A program made the translations under genes and the position numbers. A model generated the notes under the pieces. It made no database searches, had not been told where the DNA came from, and saw only the letters and a program-made list of their open reading frames with translations. Positions 59,056 to 64,000 of a stretch of 64,000 bases of DNA are shown here, piece by piece; the first letter of the stretch is position 1, and the number at the start of each line of letters is the position of its first letter. Location: contig OZ244914.1 in NCBI GenBank assembly GCA_965221795.1, forward strand, positions 826,030 through 890,029, written 5' to 3'. The DNA is from Candidatus Poriferihabitaceae bacterium. GTDB lineage: Bacteria > Pseudomonadota > Gammaproteobacteria > Arenicellales > Poriferihabitantaceae.

Positions 59056-59952
59056 TTACCGGCGGACATCAACCGTGACGTCGCACCATTCGGCATACGG
59101 CGGCGCATTCGCCGCCTGCAACTCCGGCGTCGGCCAGCGGGCCGGTCCGCAATTGTAGGCAGGCGGGAAGGTGGCCACATAGCCGAGTTCATTCAAACTA
59201 GAGCGACTCTTAAGCACGGTACTGTCGTTATCGACTAATGAAGCACACTGCTCGAAATAACGTGCAGCGATGCAAATTTTACCCCAGATCCGGACGGTGA
59301 AGATGCCGTTGTGGGTACCTTGTTGACGGTCGGTGGCGGTAATCTCTTGTCGACTGTCAGGAATATCATCCGCTGCATCGCCAAGAGCAGGGGCTCCGAC
59401 ACGAGTAGAGACAGACTCTCCGTCGACCATGACCGTTTCCGGAGTATTCCATGCGTCAGGGCATCGCGGGTACCCGCGGTTGACGGTGTAAGTGTGCGTG
59501 CCAAAGCCCAACGCTCCAAGGTTGACGGTCACGGTGCGCGAGCATTTTCGGGGCCCCCAGTGGGGGCAGGCGCGGGCGATGGGTTGGCCGCGGGAATAGC
59601 GGCCGGTCGGATTGTGGAATTCGACGACCTGGGTCTGGTCCCGGTCGCCGAGCCCGTAGGCGCACCGGACATCGGAGCCGACCCCAAAGTTCATCATGCC
59701 CTGAGGATTGGGGCGGGCCTCGATATCCAGGCCTCGGGTCAAAACATTCCAGGTTCGGCCGTTAACTGAAACGGCTCGGCCGACCAAGGGTGTGGTCAGG
59801 CTGGTGACGGTTGCGGGGGTGCTTGGCAGAGCCCGTGATCTTTGGGCCGCCTGCTCCAGCTTTGTCACCTGTGCCGCCGCCGGCAGGGCAAGGGCGGCAC
59901 TCAGCAGGACGATAGCGAACGCCTTACGGCAGGGGGGGGGTATGTTCATCAT
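59056..59952 (-). CDS. secreted Cys-rich hypothetical protein with a C9 tract in codons 5-7
   Basis: GAGGA SD, then ATGATGAACATA-C9-TGC encoding MMNIPPPCRKAFAIVLLSAALALPAAAQ. The tract is in frame. 298 aa. Confidence 0.65.
   Translation of the reverse strand: MMNIPPPCRKAFAIVLLSAALALPAAAQVTKLEQAAQRSRALPSTPATVTSLTTPLVGRAVSVNGRTWNVLTRGLDIEARPNPQGMMNFGVGSDVRCAYGLGDRDQTQVVEFHNPTGRYSRGQPIARACPHWGPRKCSRTVTVNLGALGFGTHTYTVNRGYPRCPDAWNTPETVMVDGESVSTRVGAPALGDAADDIPDSRQEITATDRQQGTHNGIFTVRIWGKICIAARYFEQCASLVDNDSTVLKSRSSLNELGYVATFPPAYNCGPARWPTPELQAANAPPYAEWCDVTVDVRR
59932..59940. repeat. homopolymeric G9 tract (C9 in the coding sense)
   Basis: Counted directly. Lies in the signal-peptide N-region of the 59056..59952 gene. 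Confidence 0.9.
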
Positions 59953-60240
59953 CAATCCTCACAACTCTTCGATTGCCTGCATTATACCGCCTTTGCCGTC
60001 TGCAGGCAAGGGGGGATTTTCGCAGTGAGATCCTACCCGGGGCCCTTCGGTACCATCGTTCTCTGCACCGAGCACCGTCATGGCGGGGCAGGAGGGGAGC
60101 TGCCCGCCGGTGCGAACAGCCGCAACCGGGCATGGTGGGCGATCCGTTACCGGCGCGGCACCCGCCGACCCGCGCCAGCCACGACTCGCCGCAGACCGCC
60201 ACATGGCGCAGGGCACGACCGTAGAAGCACCGGAACGAGC

Positions 60241-60460
60241 GATCATGCGTCGCGGCCATCCGCCGCTCCCTGCGCCTCTGTTCCCGCGGACCGCGAACCA
60301 GACACACCCGAACCTCGCCTGAATTCCCGTGATCCTCTTCCATGACCCGGATCATCCACCAGGGAGCGTTGCTGGTCCATACCCGAACAGAAAAAATATC
60401 GAAGGGGAAAGGGTTGCCCCCATGTCAACTATGATCCGCGAAGTACGACTTTTGTAGAGC
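60241..60460 (-). repeat. right arm of the ~220-bp inverted repeat
   Basis: Reverse complement aligns with 57861..58086. Confidence 0.85.
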
Positions 60461-60602
60461 CTTACTCCCGAGCCATAGCAGCAGGCCTCTGCAAACGTCC
60501 TGCTCTGTATCGAGTCCGCCCCTCGCCCCATTAAGAAGAGCCTTTTCCCTGGTAGGGCCAGTCTGTTGCTCTCTTTGCTTTTCATTGCATGCGAAGTAGA
60601 CT

Positions 60603-60854
60603 ATGTCAACCATCTGGACAATCCCGCCATCCGGGCGCATGAAATCTTGAAGAAGCATACTTTCGGTCCCGACGACATCTCGGCCTCGCCGAGTATTTCG
60701 ATGAGTATCGGAAGAGGACGATGCAGCCTTTTCTGGACCGCCTTAGATGCCAAACTGATGTTGCTGCAATCAAGAATGGTGTCCAAGAACCAAGCCTGGG
60801 GGGATGCTCGGTGTCCTGTTGGTGGTGGTAGTGCTGCTACCGGAAGCCCTCTAA
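60603..60854 (+). pseudogene. decayed paralogue of the 6528..6830 small coiled-coil/TM gene
   Basis: Shares GTAGACTATG...CATGAAATC..TGAAGAA...GAAGAGGACGATGCAGCCTTTTCTGGACCG with 6521-6670. The reading frame is broken several times. Confidence 0.5.
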
Positions 60855-60985
60855 CGAGTCCTGCAGATAGGGCACTCTCATCTGTTCGGTCAATGAATGG
60901 TTGCGTAACCTTGAAAGTTCCGGGCTGAACTTGACACAATCCCGAGTTTTCCCGCCCTCCATCTGGCTGATCCATTCCTGCTCCC

Positions 60986-62221
60986 ATGACCATTCTCGAT
61001 CTTGCCTTTGTCCGTGATTCCTTCCCCGCATTTCAGCAACCTCTGCCGGCAAAAACCGCCTTTTTTGAAAATGCCGGTGGTAGCTATGTACTGGGCACTG
61101 TCATGGATCACTACTACCGATTTTACACCGAAAACAAGGTACAGCCCTATGGTGCCAGTGAAATCTGCCGAGTGGCCGGAGAACAAATGGACCGGGGTCG
61201 GCAAGTCATGGCCGACGCCCTTGGAGTTGCTGTCGATACGGTCACTCTGGGCCCTTCCACTACCCAGAATCTGAATACGCTGGCTTTGGCCAGCACTTCG
61301 CTGGTCACACCGGGCAGTGCAGTGATCGTGACGGGACAGGATCATGAAGCCAATGTCGGAGCCTGGGAGCGACTCTGTCAACGGCAACATGCCGAACTGC
61401 GCATCTGGAAAGTCAACCAGAACGGCGAGCTTGACCTGGTACAACTGGAACCACTGCTGGATTCGAACGTGACCATTCTGTGCATGACCCACAGTTCCAA
61501 TATCGTCGGCACCGTCAACCCTGTTCAGGAGGTGATCCGGTTGGCCCGTCCACTGAGCATTCGAGTCGTTGTCGACGGGGTTTCCTATGCCCCTCATTCC
61601 TGGCCGGACATCCCTGGATTAGCACCGGATGCATACTGTTTCAGTACCTATAAGACCTATGCACCCCATCTCGGCGTGATGTATGTCTCGCCGGATTTTG
61701 CAGCTGTGCTGGACCCCCAGTGCCATTACTTCAATCGGGACTATCCCGAGAAACAGTTCGATGCCGCCGGGCCGGATCACGCCTCGATTGCGGCCCTGGC
61801 CGGGATTGGAGAGTATTTTGAGCGATCCCACCGCCATCATTTCGGGCATGATGAAGGTACCCTCTTCTCCCGCGCCCAGGCCGTCTCCTCCCTGATGAAC
61901 CGCCATGAGAACCAACTCGGCCAGCAGCTACTGGACGGAATCTCGGGCCTGCCACTGCAGGTTCTTGGACGCCGTCAGATGGCTGGCCGGGAAGCCAACA
62001 TTGCGCTGTACAGTGACACGGTCCCCTCTGCCCGCATGTCCCATGCGCTCGGCTTGGCGGATGTCGCCGCAGGAAACGGACATTTCTATGCCCGACGATT
62101 ACTGGAGAATGTGGGTATCCCGGATCCCGAAGACGGGGTACTGCGGATCAGCATGGCCCACTATAATACCGCCGAAGAAGTGGAGCGGGTCGTGGCAACA
62201 CTGCAACCGCTTTTCTGGTAA
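60986..62221 (+). CDS. aminotransferase class V-fold PLP-dependent enzyme (cysteine-desulfurase-like)
   Basis: 411 aa. HSSNIVGTV and FSTYKTYAPHLG (candidate PLP Lys). Confidence 0.8.
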   Translation: MTILDLAFVRDSFPAFQQPLPAKTAFFENAGGSYVLGTVMDHYYRFYTENKVQPYGASEICRVAGEQMDRGRQVMADALGVAVDTVTLGPSTTQNLNTLALASTSLVTPGSAVIVTGQDHEANVGAWERLCQRQHAELRIWKVNQNGELDLVQLEPLLDSNVTILCMTHSSNIVGTVNPVQEVIRLARPLSIRVVVDGVSYAPHSWPDIPGLAPDAYCFSTYKTYAPHLGVMYVSPDFAAVLDPQCHYFNRDYPEKQFDAAGPDHASIAALAGIGEYFERSHRHHFGHDEGTLFSRAQAVSSLMNRHENQLGQQLLDGISGLPLQVLGRRQMAGREANIALYSDTVPSARMSHALGLADVAAGNGHFYARRLLENVGIPDPEDGVLRISMAHYNTAEEVERVVATLQPLFW

Positions 62222-62239
62222 CGGGATTCCTCAAGAGCC

Positions 62240-63001
62240 CTATCTCATCTCCCGGATCATGCGGTCACAGGCGAGATCCACCGTGGCACGGATTATCACC
62301 GTTAGCAGGCAAAGGGCAACCAAGGCCGCAAACATCAAATCCACCTTGACCCGACCATTGGCCAGCAACATCAGATAGCCAAGACCATTGGATGCACCCA
62401 CCCATTCTCCGATCACTGCACCAATCGGTGCGTAGACGGCCGCCAGCCGAATCCCTGACGCCAGGGATGGGAAAGCCGCTGGCACGCGGATCTGCAACAG
62501 GGTCGAAGTCCGGGTACTGCGCATGGTTTGGGCCAGGTCCAGGTAGCCCGTGGGAGTGGAACGTAGTCCGTCGAGAAACGTCGAGGTGACGGGAAAGTAC
62601 ACAATGAGGACAGTCATGGCAATCTTGGAGACCAGCCCATATCCCAACCACAGTGTCAGGATGGGAGCCAATGCGAAAACCGGCACGGTCTGACTCATGA
62701 CCAACGCCGGCAAGAGCAACTTGCGGGCCCTCTTCGACCTCATCAGGCACAGGGCTGTCAGTACTCCAGCTGCAACGCCCAACAGCAGGCCCACAATGAC
62801 TTCGGTCGCGGTCACCCCGGCATGATACATAATCAGCCCGAAGTGCTCCCGAAACGTGATCAGGACCTGTATCGGGCTTGGTAGAATGAAGGATTGCACC
62901 TGGGTTCCCCAAACCACCAACTGCCAGATCAGGACCAGAGATAACCACACCAGGACTGACTGTACGGCACCCGTCAGAATCGATTTGCCAATGACTGTCA
63001 T
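62240..63001 (-). CDS. ABC transporter permease (NitT/TauT-like)
   Basis: 253 aa, about 6 TM helices, EAA-like loop (LAQTMRSTRTSTLLQIRVPAA). The stop overlaps the ATPase gene. Confidence 0.85.
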   Translation of the reverse strand: MTVIGKSILTGAVQSVLVWLSLVLIWQLVVWGTQVQSFILPSPIQVLITFREHFGLIMYHAGVTATEVIVGLLLGVAAGVLTALCLMRSKRARKLLLPALVMSQTVPVFALAPILTLWLGYGLVSKIAMTVLIVYFPVTSTFLDGLRSTPTGYLDLAQTMRSTRTSTLLQIRVPAAFPSLASGIRLAAVYAPIGAVIGEWVGASNGLGYLMLLANGRVKVDLMFAALVALCLLTVIIRATVDLACDRMIREMR

Positions 63002-63726
63002 CAGGCGTTCAGGGCAGAAAAGATCCGGGCCTGAATATCCATCACCATGGGATCGTCCAATTGCCGGGCAGGGGTGCCCGGCTCCATGTCATAGCGTTCC
63101 AGACCCCTGCCGGACAGAGCATAAATCCGGTTCGCCATCCTCAAGGCCTCACCAATATCATGGGTCACCAGCAATACCGTCCGACCCTGCAAGAGGGTAC
63201 CGGCCAGTGTCTGCATCTGTCTGCGGGTCACCGGATCCAGGGCGGAGAATGGTTCATCCAGTAATACGATCGGGGTGTCCTCCATCAGCGTCCTTGCGAG
63301 CGCACAGCGCTGACGCATACCTCCTGACAATTGGCGTGGCTTGCTTTGGGCATAGGGCCCCAAGGCGACCTGCCCAATGAGTCTGTGCACTCGGGCAGAG
63401 TCGGTTTTTTCCCTTCGCAGGCGAGTGCCAAGGCCCACGTTCTGCCATACTGTCAGCCAAGGAAGAAGCAGGTCAGACTGGCCCATGTACGCGACCCGAC
63501 CATCGACTGGCTGATGATCGGTGGTCGTGATATGGCCCTGGAAAAGCCCCCCCGTTTCCAGCCCGGCAATCAGGCGCAACAGGGTCGATTTGCCGACACC
63601 GGAACTGCCCAGGAGGCATGTGAACTGCGCTGGTGGGAGTTCCAGCACCAGATCCCGAAACAGGGCTTGCTCACCATAGGAGAAGTCCCCCTTCAGTTCA
63701 ATCCCGGGCATCATCCCACGCACCAC
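63001..63726 (-). CDS. ABC transporter ATP-binding protein
   Basis: Walker A GSSGVGKST, signature LSGGMRQR, Walker B VLLDEPFSALD. Confidence 0.9.
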   Translation of the reverse strand: MVRGMMPGIELKGDFSYGEQALFRDLVLELPPAQFTCLLGSSGVGKSTLLRLIAGLETGGLFQGHITTTDHQPVDGRVAYMGQSDLLLPWLTVWQNVGLGTRLRREKTDSARVHRLIGQVALGPYAQSKPRQLSGGMRQRCALARTLMEDTPIVLLDEPFSALDPVTRRQMQTLAGTLLQGRTVLLVTHDIGEALRMANRIYALSGRGLERYDMEPGTPARQLDDPMVMDIQARIFSALNA

Positions 63727-63815
63727 ATGTTCCAGACCAGGATGTCGGATCGGATGCCATCAGGGCGCATCAGCTCGACCATACAGTCTCCCGATACACC
63801 CTGCTACCCACTCTA

Positions 63816-64000
63816 TCAGGGGTGCCGGGTAATATCCCGCGCCAACTTTTCTACCGGACTCAACTGCTCGATCAATCCCTGTTCGAACAGAAAGGATTCC
63901 ATATGCTGGTAGCGTGCCGCATCCAGTGCTGCGGGGCGTAGCGCAAATCGGGGCAATGTATCGAACCAGGCCAGCCGATTGAGATCATCCTGCAGTTCGG
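63816..64000 (-). CDS. partial CDS, probable substrate-binding protein of the ABC system (C-terminal end only)
   Basis: Open frame running off the window edge, ...LAWFDTLPRFALRPAALDAARYQHMESFLFEQGLIEQLSPVEKLARDITRHP, with stop at 63816. Assignment is by operon context. Confidence 0.4.
   Translation of the reverse strand, partial: ELQDDLNRLAWFDTLPRFALRPAALDAARYQHMESFLFEQGLIEQLSPVEKLARDITRHP

Overview
Everything below comes from reading the sequence and the ORF track. No database or HMM search was run, and identity levels are by-eye estimates.

The window is a chromosomal segment with gammaproteobacterial-type housekeeping synteny:
- uvrB and tRNA-Asn
- truB-rbfA-infB-nusA-rimP
- cysS and lpxH
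- purF-cvpA-dedD-folC-accD-trpF-truA
- recR-ybaB-dnaX-ffs
- a class-V aminotransferase and an ABC importer

Three accessory regions interrupt it.

(1) About 5.4-15.8 kb, directly downstream of tRNA-Asn. This is a decayed ICE-like island with no integrase. It has a DUF3577-type gene plus a truncated second copy. Its cargo is a divergent methylase / controller / putative endonuclease cassette, an AbiJ-like gene, an orphan 2-TM coiled-coil protein and one apparently intact IS30-family element.

(2) About 23.6-45.2 kb, a composite island of about 21.7 kb between rimP and an initiator tRNA-fMet. In E. coli these two are adjacent (metY-rimP). The island holds:
- a Fic gene
- an AEP-primase/SF2-helicase fusion
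- an AbiEii fragment
- a SAM methyltransferase
- an rsgA-like pseudogene split by an IS5-family element
- two paralogous hipBA pairs
- heavy IS30/IS5/IS21 debris and a serine-recombinase scrap
- the main find: a visibly AT-richer operon with a catalytically dead, PAZ-less Argonaute of 632-634 aa (35760..37658). A stand-alone SIR2 follows it after 13 nt (34820..35746). A 5'-truncated UvrD-like helicase precedes it, and the helicase stop overlaps the Argonaute start.

(3) About 57.9-60.9 kb, next to the SRP RNA gene. A high-GC cassette with two secreted Cys-rich proteins is flanked by ~220-bp inverted repeats.

Other structure:
- Two ~290-bp direct repeats carry a promoter, a tRNA-like 3' end and a terminator. 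They bracket the Argonaute-bearing part of island 2.
- Long poly-G/C tracts of 22, 21, 10 and 9 nt occur. Two of them sit in signal-peptide coding regions; one reads in frame and one out of frame.
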